Shown one piece after another: positions 11,291-20,911 of a stretch of DNA of 64,000 nt (position 1 is the stretch's first letter; each line of letters begins with the position of its first letter). Below the pieces are notes generated by a model, which had not been told where the DNA came from, made no database searches, and saw only the letters and a list, made by a program, of their open reading frames with translations. Origin of the DNA: an uncultured Alphaproteobacteria bacterium (lineage in GTDB: Bacteria > Pseudomonadota > Alphaproteobacteria > HIMB59 > GCA-002718135). The stretch spans positions 287-64,286 of the forward strand of contig CACEMR010000002.1 in NCBI GenBank assembly GCA_902560725.1, read 5' to 3'. The position numbers were made by a program, and so were the translations under genes.

Positions 11291-12072
11291 AAAAGTTTTA
11301 CGTAATTGGTTCTAACTCATCCAAGAGTCTTTCTCCAACAATTTTTAACTATTGGTTCAGCAAATACAAAATAAAAGCCTCATACAAACACCTTCAACTT
11401 AATAACAAAAATTTTGATATAAAAATTAAAGAAATATTACAAGACAAAAACCTTGTTGGTCTAAACATTACAATACCTTTTAAACAAAAAATAATGAAGC
11501 ATATTGATAGCTTAAACAAACACTCAAGAGAAATAAATGCAGTAAACTGTTTGACGGTAAGGTCAAAAATTATAGGGACTAATACTGATTGGGTGGGCTA
11601 TTTTAAAACCCTCCCAAAAAACAAAAACCTTAAGAAGAAAAAAATACTTATTATGGGTTATGGCGGTGCAGCTCTTGCTATACACTACGTCTTAAGAAAA
11701 AAAGGGTTTAAAAACATAACAATCGTTAATAGAACCAAAAAAAAACTTAAATTTGAAAATGAAACGAAATATACAAAAAGCATATCTGACCTAGGAAAAC
11801 ACCTTAACACCGCGCAAATAATAATAAACACCACCCCAAAAAACCTAATTAGTAGCAAAAACAAAAAGCTAGTAAACCCTAAAGCTTTGTTAAGTGACAT
11901 AGTTTACAAACCAAAAGAAACCAATTTTTTAAAAATGTTCCCCAAAAACAAAAAAATCTATGGAATATCAATGCTTTTAGAACAAGCTATTCCATGTTTT
12001 AAAATATGGTTTGGTTTTAACCCGTCTGTTGATCAAAAACTAATTAAGGTTCTAAATAACAAAATCAAATGA
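11287..12072 (+). CDS. aroE: Shikimate dehydrogenase
   Basis: SLSPTIFN, NITIPFK, NTDWVGY, GYGGAA, DIVYKP, GISMLLEQA. Confidence 0.93.
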   Translation: MKKFYVIGSNSSKSLSPTIFNYWFSKYKIKASYKHLQLNNKNFDIKIKEILQDKNLVGLNITIPFKQKIMKHIDSLNKHSREINAVNCLTVRSKIIGTNTDWVGYFKTLPKNKNLKKKKILIMGYGGAALAIHYVLRKKGFKNITIVNRTKKKLKFENETKYTKSISDLGKHLNTAQIIINTTPKNLISSKNKKLVNPKALLSDIVYKPKETNFLKMFPKNKKIYGISMLLEQAIPCFKIWFGFNPSVDQKLIKVLNNKIK

Positions 12073-12665
12073 CAATAATTGTAGCAATAACAGGGGGTAT
12101 TGGGTCTGGTAAATCAACATTTTCAAAAGAAATAAAAAAAAGAAGGCTCAAACTGTTAGATTCAGATAAGGAGGTAAGCTTAATATACAAGAACCCAAAT
12201 AAAGATTTTTTAAACTATTTAAAAAAAATAGGTTTAGGCAAAAGCATCAAAAATAAAACAATTAACAAAAAATATATTAGTGACATAATATTTTCAAACA
12301 AACAAATTAAACAAAAATTAGAAAAACACATATTTAAAATTGTAAGAAAAAAAAGATTTGATTTTATAAAAAAGGAAAAAAAAAGAAAAACAAATACAAT
12401 TTTTCTTGATATCCCCCTTTTGTTTGAAAATAAATTAGAAAAACAATTTGATATTATTGTTTCAATTATATCAAAAAAAGAAACAAGGCTTAAAAGAATT
12501 AAGAATAAAAAAAAACTATCAAGAAAAAAATTCAATAATATAATAAACACACAAACATCTGATATAGTCAGAAAAAAAAATTCTGATATATTGATTTACA
12601 ATAACAATACTATGAAAGAGTACTTAATTAAAATTAACAAGGTTTTAGATAAATTGATTTTATGA
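12069..12665 (+). CDS. coaE: Dephospho-CoA kinase
   Basis: ITGGIGSGKST, DSD, DIPLLFE; aroE-coaE-dnaQ synteny. Confidence 0.92.
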   Translation: MTIIVAITGGIGSGKSTFSKEIKKRRLKLLDSDKEVSLIYKNPNKDFLNYLKKIGLGKSIKNKTINKKYISDIIFSNKQIKQKLEKHIFKIVRKKRFDFIKKEKKRKTNTIFLDIPLLFENKLEKQFDIIVSIISKKETRLKRIKNKKKLSRKKFNNIINTQTSDIVRKKNSDILIYNNNTMKEYLIKINKVLDKLIL

Positions 12666-13339
12666 GAGAGGTTGTAATTGATACAGAAACAACTGGTTTA
12701 AGTTTCAAATCTGGTGACAGGATTATAGAGGTTGGATGTGTAGAGTTAAAAAATTATATTCCAACAGGTAAAAGTCTTCAATTTTATTGTAGACCTGATA
12801 AAAACATTTCAGACGGAGCAAAGAACATAGTTGGTTTGTCCGACGAGTTTCTTAAAAAACAAAAAAGCTTTGAAGAAAATCATAAACAAATGTTGGATTT
12901 TATAGGAGATGCCACTCTTATAATTCATAATGCTGAGTTTGATTTAGGGTTTATAAATAACGAGCTTTTACTAATAGGCAAGTCGCCACTTGATAATAAA
13001 ATTATAGACACCGTTCCATTGGCAAGAAAGGTTTTAAATACCAGGATTGCAAACCTAGATTATTTATGTAGGCGGTTTAATATTGATTTGTCTGATAGAG
13101 AATTCCACGGCGCGCTTTTAGACTCACAGCTTTTGGCAGCTGTTTATTTAGAACTAAGAGGGGGTAAGCAATTCTTTATGGAGTTGGGAGAGGGGCCAAA
13201 TGCGGATAAAAACAATGCTACAAACAACATAAATATAGAAAAAACCAAAGAAATTAAACTTTCCAAACAAGATATTTCAGCACACAAAGACATGTTAAAA
13301 AAGATAAAAAACCCAATTTGGAATAAATTTAACTATTAA
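12662..13339 (+). CDS. dnaQ: DNA polymerase III epsilon subunit
   Basis: DEDDh motifs: DTETTG, HNAEFD, HGALLDS. Confidence 0.95.
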   Translation: MREVVIDTETTGLSFKSGDRIIEVGCVELKNYIPTGKSLQFYCRPDKNISDGAKNIVGLSDEFLKKQKSFEENHKQMLDFIGDATLIIHNAEFDLGFINNELLLIGKSPLDNKIIDTVPLARKVLNTRIANLDYLCRRFNIDLSDREFHGALLDSQLLAAVYLELRGGKQFFMELGEGPNADKNNATNNINIEKTKEIKLSKQDISAHKDMLKKIKNPIWNKFNY

Positions 13340-13369
13340 TATTAAAAAAAGTAATTATATAATTTATCA

Positions 13370-13957
13370 ATGGTATACGGTGATCTTCAATTCTTTGATA
13401 TTATAATTTTTGCAGCCATAGCTGCCTTCATCATTTATCGCTTAAGAAGCGTCTTAGGGAAAAGAACAGGTTTTCAAAAAAAAACAACCGATCACAAACC
13501 ACTATACGAAGAACAAGATAAAAAAGAAGAAATTGCGAAAATACCATCTCTTCTTGATAATGAATTAAAATTAGAAAATGTTTATAAGAAAATAAATAAT
13601 TTTGATCATAAACAGTTCTTAGACGGAGCTAAAAAGGCTTTTGAAATTATAATAACTTCTTTTAATAACGGGGACAAAAAAACACTTAAAGATCTTGTTT
13701 CAAAAAATGTGTACCTTGCATTTGAAAAAGCTATTGATAACAAAACAAACAACCCATCATCTCAGTTTTATTCATTAATAATAGACAGTGTTGAAGATGC
13801 AAAGGTTGAAAACAATATAATTTCAATATCAATTAATTTTGTTAGCGAACAAATGATAAATGATGATGAGGGCAAAATAATAAAAAACAAAGACACTTGG
13901 ACTTTTGAAAAACCTACAAATTCTTCAAGCCCAAAATGGGTTTTAACACAAACTTAA
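13370..13957 (+). CDS. Tim44/TimA family membrane-anchored protein
   Basis: N-terminal TM followed by RLRSVLGKRTG, FLDGAKKAFE, DTWTFEK, PKWVL. Confidence 0.88.
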   Translation: MVYGDLQFFDIIIFAAIAAFIIYRLRSVLGKRTGFQKKTTDHKPLYEEQDKKEEIAKIPSLLDNELKLENVYKKINNFDHKQFLDGAKKAFEIIITSFNNGDKKTLKDLVSKNVYLAFEKAIDNKTNNPSSQFYSLIIDSVEDAKVENNIISISINFVSEQMINDDEGKIIKNKDTWTFEKPTNSSSPKWVLTQT

Positions 13958-13960
13958 TAA

Positions 13961-14389
13961 TTGAATTTTAGAAACCTAAAATCACGCATTAAAAAAAATG
14001 AAGGTTATTCCAACAAACCTTATAAAGATCAACTAGGTTTTTATACTATTGGTTACGGGCACTTAATTAAAAAAAAAGAGGACAGATACTTTCATAAAAC
14101 CTTCTCTAAAGAGTATTTTGAAAATATTTTTGAATTAGATTTTAAAAAATCAGTAGAAGATTATTATAAAAGATTTAATAAGAAAAAACACAAACAAAAC
14201 GAAAAAGAATTACTAATTGAAATGATATACCAACTAGGTATTAAAAATGTCGTTAAGTTTAAAAGACTTCATTTAAATTTAGAAAAAAAACAAAAATATA
14301 TGGTTTGTTTAGAAATGATCGATAGTCTATGGTATAAACAAACACCCAAGCGCGTTGAAAATCTAATAAAAAACTTCATTAAAACATAA
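13961..14389 (+). CDS. Phage-type (T4-like, GH24) lysozyme
   Basis: NEGYSNKPYKDQLGFYTIGYGH gives the E-x8-D-x5-T triad; C-terminal EMIDSLWYKQTPKR resembles T4 lysozyme SRWYNQTPNR; TTG start; no signal peptide. Confidence 0.85.
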   Translation: MNFRNLKSRIKKNEGYSNKPYKDQLGFYTIGYGHLIKKKEDRYFHKTFSKEYFENIFELDFKKSVEDYYKRFNKKKHKQNEKELLIEMIYQLGIKNVVKFKRLHLNLEKKQKYMVCLEMIDSLWYKQTPKRVENLIKNFIKT

Positions 14390-14937
14390 TGGAAGACGAT
14401 ATTTTTATAAAAAAAATGAAAGGCGTAAAGCTTTTAAAAAACAAAAATAATTATATTAAATCAACTAATATAAAAAAAAACAAGAAAATTTTAAAAACCC
14501 CAACAAAGACGAATCAAAAAGATGAAACAATAGAAACAAAAAAAACAAAACAATCAATATACAAAATCACCTTTGGAGAAATTAACAAAGACCTAAAAAA
14601 AGGTAAGATTAAAATAGATAAAAAATTAGATCTACACGGCTACAACTTGTTAGACGCAGAGTTAAAATTTAAAACAGAGGTAATTAGTGCATATAATAAA
14701 TACAAAAGATGCTTACTTGTTATTACAGGTAAAGGAGTTCACATTAATAATGAAAACGACGAAGACAAGGATTTAAAAAAAAAACCAAAACTTTTTTATG
14801 GTAAAATAAAAAACTCTATAACTTCTTGGGTAAATGAAGATGAAATTAAAAACTATATATTAACATACCAAAACGCAGGAATAGAATACGGAGGTGATGG
14901 AGCTATATTTATTTACTTAAGAAGAAAAAAAAATTAA
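14389..14937 (+). CDS. Smr/MutS2-domain protein
   Basis: LDLHG, LVITGKG, GGDGAIFIYLR. Confidence 0.92.
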   Translation: MEDDIFIKKMKGVKLLKNKNNYIKSTNIKKNKKILKTPTKTNQKDETIETKKTKQSIYKITFGEINKDLKKGKIKIDKKLDLHGYNLLDAELKFKTEVISAYNKYKRCLLVITGKGVHINNENDEDKDLKKKPKLFYGKIKNSITSWVNEDEIKNYILTYQNAGIEYGGDGAIFIYLRRKKN

Positions 14938-15605
14938 TTTTGTTTTAATTTAAAAACCCTATTCTTAAAGTAGATATTAATATTTTTGGGTAAAAACCCG
15001 CTGCTTTCCAATACAAATTCAATTTTTTTCAAATCATTTCTCTTATGGTCCGCCCAAATATTTTTGTAATTATGTATTTCTATAGTTATGTTTTCTTTAT
15101 TATCTATACCAACCTTTTTCATAGTGTATATCCTTCTTCCATCTATTGTTTTAACTTGATCATCACCATTTAAAATATTTAAGAAGGAAGTTATCGGATC
15201 AGAATATTGGAATATTCCATCTAAATTTAATCTAGGTAACTCTTTTTCTTCTGGTTTTTGATAGAGTTTTTTAAGATAACCATCAAATGACATTTCAACT
15301 ATTTTTATTTTTTTTTTAGTTCTCCAATATTGTTTGTACTCTTGAGCTTTATATTCACCATTTTCAACAATGCCTTGAGAGATGTAATTACCCTCAAAAC
15401 TATATAGTGGCGAAAACACGCCTGCATTTTTTAGAAAAATTTCTGTTTTATATTTTTTATTATTTATTTCCAACGACCAACTAAATTTACCAATTTTAAT
15501 GCCAGACGAACTTACAACATATTCGGTATTAAAGTTCTTAGCACCAGCAGAACTATATGATAAAAATATAATTGTTAAAAAAATATTAATTAAAAACAAC
15601 TTCAT
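14934..15605 (-). CDS. Secreted protein, DUF3108-like
   Basis: Signal peptide MKLFLINIF...SSA, YVVSSSGIKIG, DPITSFL, IDGRRIY; ATG at 15605 preferred. Confidence 0.55.
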   Translation of the reverse strand: MKLFLINIFLTIIFLSYSSAGAKNFNTEYVVSSSGIKIGKFSWSLEINNKKYKTEIFLKNAGVFSPLYSFEGNYISQGIVENGEYKAQEYKQYWRTKKKIKIVEMSFDGYLKKLYQKPEEKELPRLNLDGIFQYSDPITSFLNILNGDDQVKTIDGRRIYTMKKVGIDNKENITIEIHNYKNIWADHKRNDLKKIEFVLESSGFLPKNINIYFKNRVFKLKQN

Positions 15606-16983
15606 AAACAAATATTTCGTTATCAGTAAAGTTGTGTGTCGGAGACTCAACCCCCCTTGTTGTAAAGCTATTATCTAAATAATTTATATCACTTAAGTGT
15701 CCAATAAGAATAAAATTTCTATTTATTTCTTTTTTAAGCGGAGATGAAATCATAAAATGATTTGTTATTTTTGAGCCCTTTTTATAAGGCATATGAATAA
15801 TTATTTCTTTATTTCTTAATTCGTATTTCATACTAGAAAACAATAAGCGGTCAGAAACAACATAATCGACTATGTTTTTCTTTAAACCTTGAGAATAAAC
15901 AATGTTTGAAAATTCATTTAAACCAATAATTCTTTTAAACAACGGTGCATGATAATTAGTGCCAATTAAAAAGAAAAAAACCACACAAAAACAAAAATTA
16001 AACAATAAGTTTATTCTTTTAAAAATAACATTATCATTCTCAATACTAATATACAAAAATAAAAAAAAGGATACTAAAGCAGGAGCGGCCCAATTAGCAT
16101 TAGCCCTAACAAAAACAGCCTCAATAAAAACAATCAAAAAAATTGGTAAAGAAAAAATCAATAAAAATTTTTGATTTTCACTAAATGTTAATTTTTTATA
16201 ATTAAAAACACTAGCTAAAAACAAAACAGGCCCAAGCATTAGTATTTGTATAACTAAAAACTCAAATCCTCTAAAAATGTCAATTTTCATATTAACAAGG
16301 TTAGCATTGTCAGAAGTGTGCTGAAGCGTTACCCACCCGTTGTTGAAATTCCATATAATATTTGGAAGAAGAATTAAAAAACAACAAAAAAAACTTAACG
16401 AAAAACCTAAATAGTTTTTTAAGAAAAAATTCCTAAAATTTTTATCTAGTAAAATATAACAAAAAAAAGACACCAAAAAATAAACTGCAGCATACTTAGA
16501 TAAAAACGAACAGCCCAGAAAAATACCTAAAAAAAAGAAACTTTTTAAGCTAGTATTTTTTTTAACTTTTATTAATTCATTTAAAGAAAGTGTCCAAAAA
16601 AGTATTAAAAAAATATCAGTGCTTAAAATAAATGAAGAGAAAGAAACTGCTGGTATAAACAAAAATAATAATGCGCAGGAAAAAGCTGTATTTTTTTTTA
16701 AATTAAGATTCCTACATAATTCATAAACAGCCCATGCAGTTAGGAAATAAATAATTGATGGTAATAATTTTAAAGAAAAAAAATTTTCTCCAAAGATAAA
16801 ACTATATGCCGCAATAAACCAAGATAACAAAGGGGGTTTTGAAAAATAACCAAAATCTAAATTCTTTGACCAAAGCCAATATTGAGCCTCATCACCAAAT
16901 AAATTAAAATTAGTAAACCATATTGCAGTAATTTTTATTAAAAATAAAATGAATACAGTTAATGTTAATAATCTTCTACTCAT
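15586..16983 (-). CDS. ArnT/Rgt-like polytopic glycosyltransferase (GT-C, PMT family)
   Basis: DEAQYWLWS, GYFSKPPL, LSKY, PNIIWN, ANANWAAP; many TM helices; ATG at 16983 couples to the upstream stop. Confidence 0.85.
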   Translation of the reverse strand: MSRRLLTLTVFILFLIKITAIWFTNFNLFGDEAQYWLWSKNLDFGYFSKPPLLSWFIAAYSFIFGENFFSLKLLPSIIYFLTAWAVYELCRNLNLKKNTAFSCALLFLFIPAVSFSSFILSTDIFLILFWTLSLNELIKVKKNTSLKSFFFLGIFLGCSFLSKYAAVYFLVSFFCYILLDKNFRNFFLKNYLGFSLSFFCCFLILLPNIIWNFNNGWVTLQHTSDNANLVNMKIDIFRGFEFLVIQILMLGPVLFLASVFNYKKLTFSENQKFLLIFSLPIFLIVFIEAVFVRANANWAAPALVSFFLFLYISIENDNVIFKRINLLFNFCFCVVFFFLIGTNYHAPLFKRIIGLNEFSNIVYSQGLKKNIVDYVVSDRLLFSSMKYELRNKEIIIHMPYKKGSKITNHFMISSPLKKEINRNFILIGHLSDINYLDNSFTTRGVESPTHNFTDNEIFVYEVVFN

Positions 16984-18337
16984 AATATTTTTGATAAAGC
17001 TTAAAAATAACAAAATTTAAAACAATTATAAAAAATCCTGCAAATAAAATATCACTTAAGAAGTGCCCACCAGCTATAATGCGAATAAATCCTAATATAA
17101 AACCAAAAACAATACCCAAATAAACAAAATAAATATTTTTAGTTATAAAATATAAAATTATTATTGAGAAACCAACTGAAGCATCACCCGACACAAAAGA
17201 ACAATTACTATCACAATTATTACTTAACTCATACCAAGGAGTAAAGGTTTCTTTTCCACCAAATTCAAATATATCACCAGGCCTAGATCTGCCCCACATG
17301 TTTTTCAAAATCATATTTACAAATATTACAATTGTTAATATTTGAGTTGACCAAATCAAAATTATCTCTTTTATTGAAAACTTATAACCAAAAAAGATCT
17401 TTTCTATTTTAAAATAAAGGCCAACTATTGGTAATATTAAAATATAGATTAATATAAGTGGCAAAAAACCCTCACGAAAAATTTTTGATACAATATAGTG
17501 ACTTTGTAAAAGAAACTCACAATCAAAAAACACAGAGTTCAAACACTCAGGGTTTCTATAAAAAAACAATTCAGAAACATAAAGGTCAAGCGCTGGACCC
17601 GCAGTTAAAAACAAACAACAACAAAAAAGAAAAATTATATAATAATAAACTATAGAGTGTTTTATAAAAACAAATTCATCTATAGAATATTTTTTAAAAT
17701 TCTTATCTACAACAGTGTTTAGAACCTTAAACACTATTAATGCTAACAACGCACCTGCAAGGATATCTGTAAAAAAATGTGCACCAACTATAACCCTGCT
17801 AAAAGCAACTATAGATGCTAGAAAATAAAAAAAATATTTAAGCTTAGGAAGGGCTGTACACAAAACAAAACAAACCATAAAAATAGTTGATGAATGTCCA
17901 GATGGAAATGAGTGAAAATTTGAGTCAAAAGTAAAAAAATTAAAACTAAAACTATCTTCAAAATTTGTGTAATTTGGTCTTGGTCTTCCAACAAGGTGTT
18001 TAATTATTTGCGTAACAATACCTATAGTTAATAAATATATAATAAATGAAATAAAAAAATTGATTAATTTTTTGTTATTTTTAATAAATACAATCTTAAA
18101 CTTTTTGTTAATATAAAGAAAAATAATACCAACAAATGAAACTATAAAATACAATGAAGAGCTTCCAAGTTCAGTAACCTTAGTAAAAAATTCTTTTAAA
18201 TAAAAATAATTTAAAGATTCACCTAAATCATTAAAATAATTGTAAAAACCAAAATCTACTCGAAAAGATAAAAACACATTTAAAACAACTATAATCAATA
18301 TAGCCAGCTCAATTTTTATGTTTTTAAAAACACTCAT
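16976..18337 (-). CDS. Tandem two-domain PAP2 phosphatase (lipid A phosphatase-like)
   Basis: Domain 1: KHLVGRPRP, SFPSGH, SRVIVGAHFFTD. Domain 2: KNMWGRSRP, SFVSGD, RIIAGGHFLSD. Confidence 0.85.
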   Translation of the reverse strand: MSVFKNIKIELAILIIVVLNVFLSFRVDFGFYNYFNDLGESLNYFYLKEFFTKVTELGSSSLYFIVSFVGIIFLYINKKFKIVFIKNNKKLINFFISFIIYLLTIGIVTQIIKHLVGRPRPNYTNFEDSFSFNFFTFDSNFHSFPSGHSSTIFMVCFVLCTALPKLKYFFYFLASIVAFSRVIVGAHFFTDILAGALLALIVFKVLNTVVDKNFKKYSIDEFVFIKHSIVYYYIIFLFCCCLFLTAGPALDLYVSELFFYRNPECLNSVFFDCEFLLQSHYIVSKIFREGFLPLILIYILILPIVGLYFKIEKIFFGYKFSIKEIILIWSTQILTIVIFVNMILKNMWGRSRPGDIFEFGGKETFTPWYELSNNCDSNCSFVSGDASVGFSIIILYFITKNIYFVYLGIVFGFILGFIRIIAGGHFLSDILFAGFFIIVLNFVIFKLYQKYYE

Positions 18338-18363
18338 TTTTTTAATTAAGAATTAAATGAGTT

Positions 18364-19677
18364 TTATAGTATAAACTTTGATAAGTCCTGACTTTTAATA
18401 AGCTCACCAAGACTATTCTCAACATATTCCTTGTTAATAACAATTTTTGTTGGTCCAATATCTGATGCAGTAAAGCTGACTTCCTCAAGAAGTTTTTCCA
18501 TAACAGTATGAAGTCTTCTAGCCCCAATGTTTTCTACGTTTTGATTAATTTCAGTGCTTAATGTAGCAATAGTATCAATACCACTTTCTTCAAACTCTAA
18601 ATCAACCTTTTCAGTTCCTAATAAGCCTACATATTGTTTTATTAAACTGTTCTCAGTTTCAGTAAGAATTAGTTTAAAATCTTTTTTACTTAAACTATCT
18701 AATTCTACTCTAATAGGTAGTCTTCCTTGAAGTTCCGGAAGCATATCAGACGGTTTTGATAAATGAAAAGCACCTGATGCGATAAAAAGAATGTAATCAG
18801 TTTTTACAACACCGTGTTTAGTTGTCACAGCGGTTCCTTCTATAAGAGGTAGAAGGTCCCTTTGAACTCCTTCTCGGGAAACATCAGCCCCGCTTCGATC
18901 GCTTCTTGATGTGATTTTGTCTATTTCATCAATAAAAACAATACCATTTTGTTCAACATTATCTAAAGCTCTTGAGTTTATCTTATCTTGGTCTAATAGT
19001 TTTTCAGTTTCTTCGTTTAAAAGATAAGCATGTGAATCTTTAACAGTCATCTTTTTCATTTTTTTTTGACCACCAAAACCTTTTCCAAAAACATCACCTA
19101 AATTAATCATTCCCATTTGAGAACCAGGCATTCCAGGAATATCCATAGTGGGTAGGTTAAGGTTAGCCATAGCTGATACAGGTATCTCAACTTCTTTCTC
19201 ACTTAATTCACCAGCGCGCAATTTTGTTCTAAAACTATCCCTTGTTGCTGGAGTTGAGCTTTTTGAAACCAAAACATCTAGTATTCTCTCTTCAGCATTT
19301 TTTTCAGCTCTTGCTTTTACTTCTTTTCCCATTTCTAATTTCGTTTTGGTAATACTAATTTCAACTAAGTCTCTAATAATTTGCTCAACATCTCTTCCAA
19401 CATATCCAACCTCTGTAAATTTTGTAGCTTCTACTTTTATGAAAGGCGCATTTGCAAGCTTTGCAAGCCTCCTTGAAATTTCTGTTTTACCACAACCAGT
19501 AGGACCAACCATTAAAATATTTTTTGGAACAATTTCTTCTTTTAACGATTCATCTAGTTGTTTTCTTCTCCAGCGGTTTCTTAAAGCAACAGCAACAGCA
19601 CGTTTAGCTTTGTTTTGACCTATAATAAATTTATCTAACTCTGAAACAATTTCTCTTGGGCTAAAACTCGATTCCAT
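18364..19677 (-). CDS. hslU: ATP-dependent protease ATPase subunit HslU
   Basis: [42 protein letters not shown]. Confidence 0.98.
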   Translation of the reverse strand: MESSFSPREIVSELDKFIIGQNKAKRAVAVALRNRWRRKQLDESLKEEIVPKNILMVGPTGCGKTEISRRLAKLANAPFIKVEATKFTEVGYVGRDVEQIIRDLVEISITKTKLEMGKEVKARAEKNAEERILDVLVSKSSTPATRDSFRTKLRAGELSEKEVEIPVSAMANLNLPTMDIPGMPGSQMGMINLGDVFGKGFGGQKKMKKMTVKDSHAYLLNEETEKLLDQDKINSRALDNVEQNGIVFIDEIDKITSRSDRSGADVSREGVQRDLLPLIEGTAVTTKHGVVKTDYILFIASGAFHLSKPSDMLPELQGRLPIRVELDSLSKKDFKLILTETENSLIKQYVGLLGTEKVDLEFEESGIDTIATLSTEINQNVENIGARRLHTVMEKLLEEVSFTASDIGPTKIVINKEYVENSLGELIKSQDLSKFIL

Positions 19678-19679
19678 TT

Positions 19680-20237
19680 TTATAATTCTATTGTTTCAGA
19701 AATGATATTATGATTTGTATAAATACAAATATCTGCAGCAATATTAAGTGATTCTTCAGCGATTTGTTTTGCATCCATTTTAGTATTTTTCATTAAAGCT
19801 TTAGCAGCGCTGTTAGCATATGGTCCACCAGACCCAATAGCTAAAATTCCATCGTCTGATTCAATCACATCCCCAGTTCCTGATAGTAACAAACTCACAT
19901 CTTTATCAGCAACAATCATCATTGCTTCTAATCTTCTTAAATATCTGTCTGTTCTCCAATCTTTAGCAAGTTCCACACAAGCTCTTTTTAATTGGTTTTT
20001 ATATTGATCTAGCTTTCCCTCTAATCTTTCAAATAAAGCAAAAGCATCGGCCGTAGAACCAGCAAAACCTGATATAACTTTTTCATCAACTCCCAGTCTT
20101 CTTATTTTTTTAACATTAGATTTCATAACTGTATTACCCAAACTAGCTTGCCCATCACCAGCAATTACAACCAAATTATCCTTTCTAATGCCAATAATAG
20201 TGGTAGATTTTATTTTGTTTTTGTCCATATTTGTCAT
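19680..20237 (-). CDS. hslV: ATP-dependent protease peptidase subunit HslV
   Basis: STTIIG N-terminal Thr, [20 protein letters not shown]; start may be 20228. Confidence 0.97.
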   Translation of the reverse strand: MTNMDKNKIKSTTIIGIRKDNLVVIAGDGQASLGNTVMKSNVKKIRRLGVDEKVISGFAGSTADAFALFERLEGKLDQYKNQLKRACVELAKDWRTDRYLRRLEAMMIVADKDVSLLLSGTGDVIESDDGILAIGSGGPYANSAAKALMKNTKMDAKQIAEESLNIAADICIYTNHNIISETIEL

Positions 20238-20245
20238 GTGTAATT

Positions 20246-20274
20246 AAAATGGCTATTTAATTATTTTAATCAAG
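20246..20274 (-). promoter_or_regulatory. RpoH (sigma32)-type promoter for hslVU
   Basis: Minus strand CTTG-N17-GCCATTTT, same spacing as upstream of dnaK and hsp20. Confidence 0.6.
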
Positions 20275-20318
20275 TGATTTACCTAGAATTTATTTAAATT
20301 CGCTGATAATAGGCAAAA

Positions 20319-20906
20319 ATGCGAAAAGGAAAAATAGAAAGAAACACAAAAGAGACAAAAATTTCATGTTCATTAAACCTAGATGGATCTGGAAAAGCAG
20401 ATATTTCAACAGGAATTGGTTTTTTTGACCACATGCTTGAGCTATTTGTTCATCATAGTTTAATAGATATGGAACTAAAAACTGAGGGTGACACCAATGT
20501 TGATTTGCACCACAGCGTTGAAGATACGGCCTATGCTATCGCACTAGCAACAATTAAAGCCCTTGGAGAAAAAAAAGGTATTAAGCGATATGGGTTTTTT
20601 TATATCCCAATGGACGAATGCCTTTCTCGATGTGTAATTGACTTTAGTGGCAGACCAGAGCTTGTCTGGAAAGTTAACTTAGGCCTGGAGAAAATTGGTG
20701 AGATGGATACCGAATTGTTTTTAGAGTTTTTTAAAGCTTTTACAAATGAAGCTAAATGTAACCTTCATATTGAAAACATATACGGTCAAAATAATCACCA
20801 TATAATCGAGTCTTGTTTTAAAGCCTTTGCTAAAAGTTATAGAATTGCTATTGAAATAGATCAAAAAAGAAACAATCAAATACCATCTTCCAAAGGCACT
20901 TTGTAG
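20319..20906 (+). CDS. hisB: Imidazoleglycerol-phosphate dehydratase
   Basis: RNTKET, GFFDHML, DLHHSVED, PMDE, NNHHIIE, PSSKG. Confidence 0.97.
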   Translation: MRKGKIERNTKETKISCSLNLDGSGKADISTGIGFFDHMLELFVHHSLIDMELKTEGDTNVDLHHSVEDTAYAIALATIKALGEKKGIKRYGFFYIPMDECLSRCVIDFSGRPELVWKVNLGLEKIGEMDTELFLEFFKAFTNEAKCNLHIENIYGQNNHHIIESCFKAFAKSYRIAIEIDQKRNNQIPSSKGTL

Positions 20907-20911
20907 ATTTA

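Noticed and set aside
13300-15000. Prophage remnant around the lysozyme gene
   Set aside because: No holin, structural, integrase or att features; both neighbours are core genes
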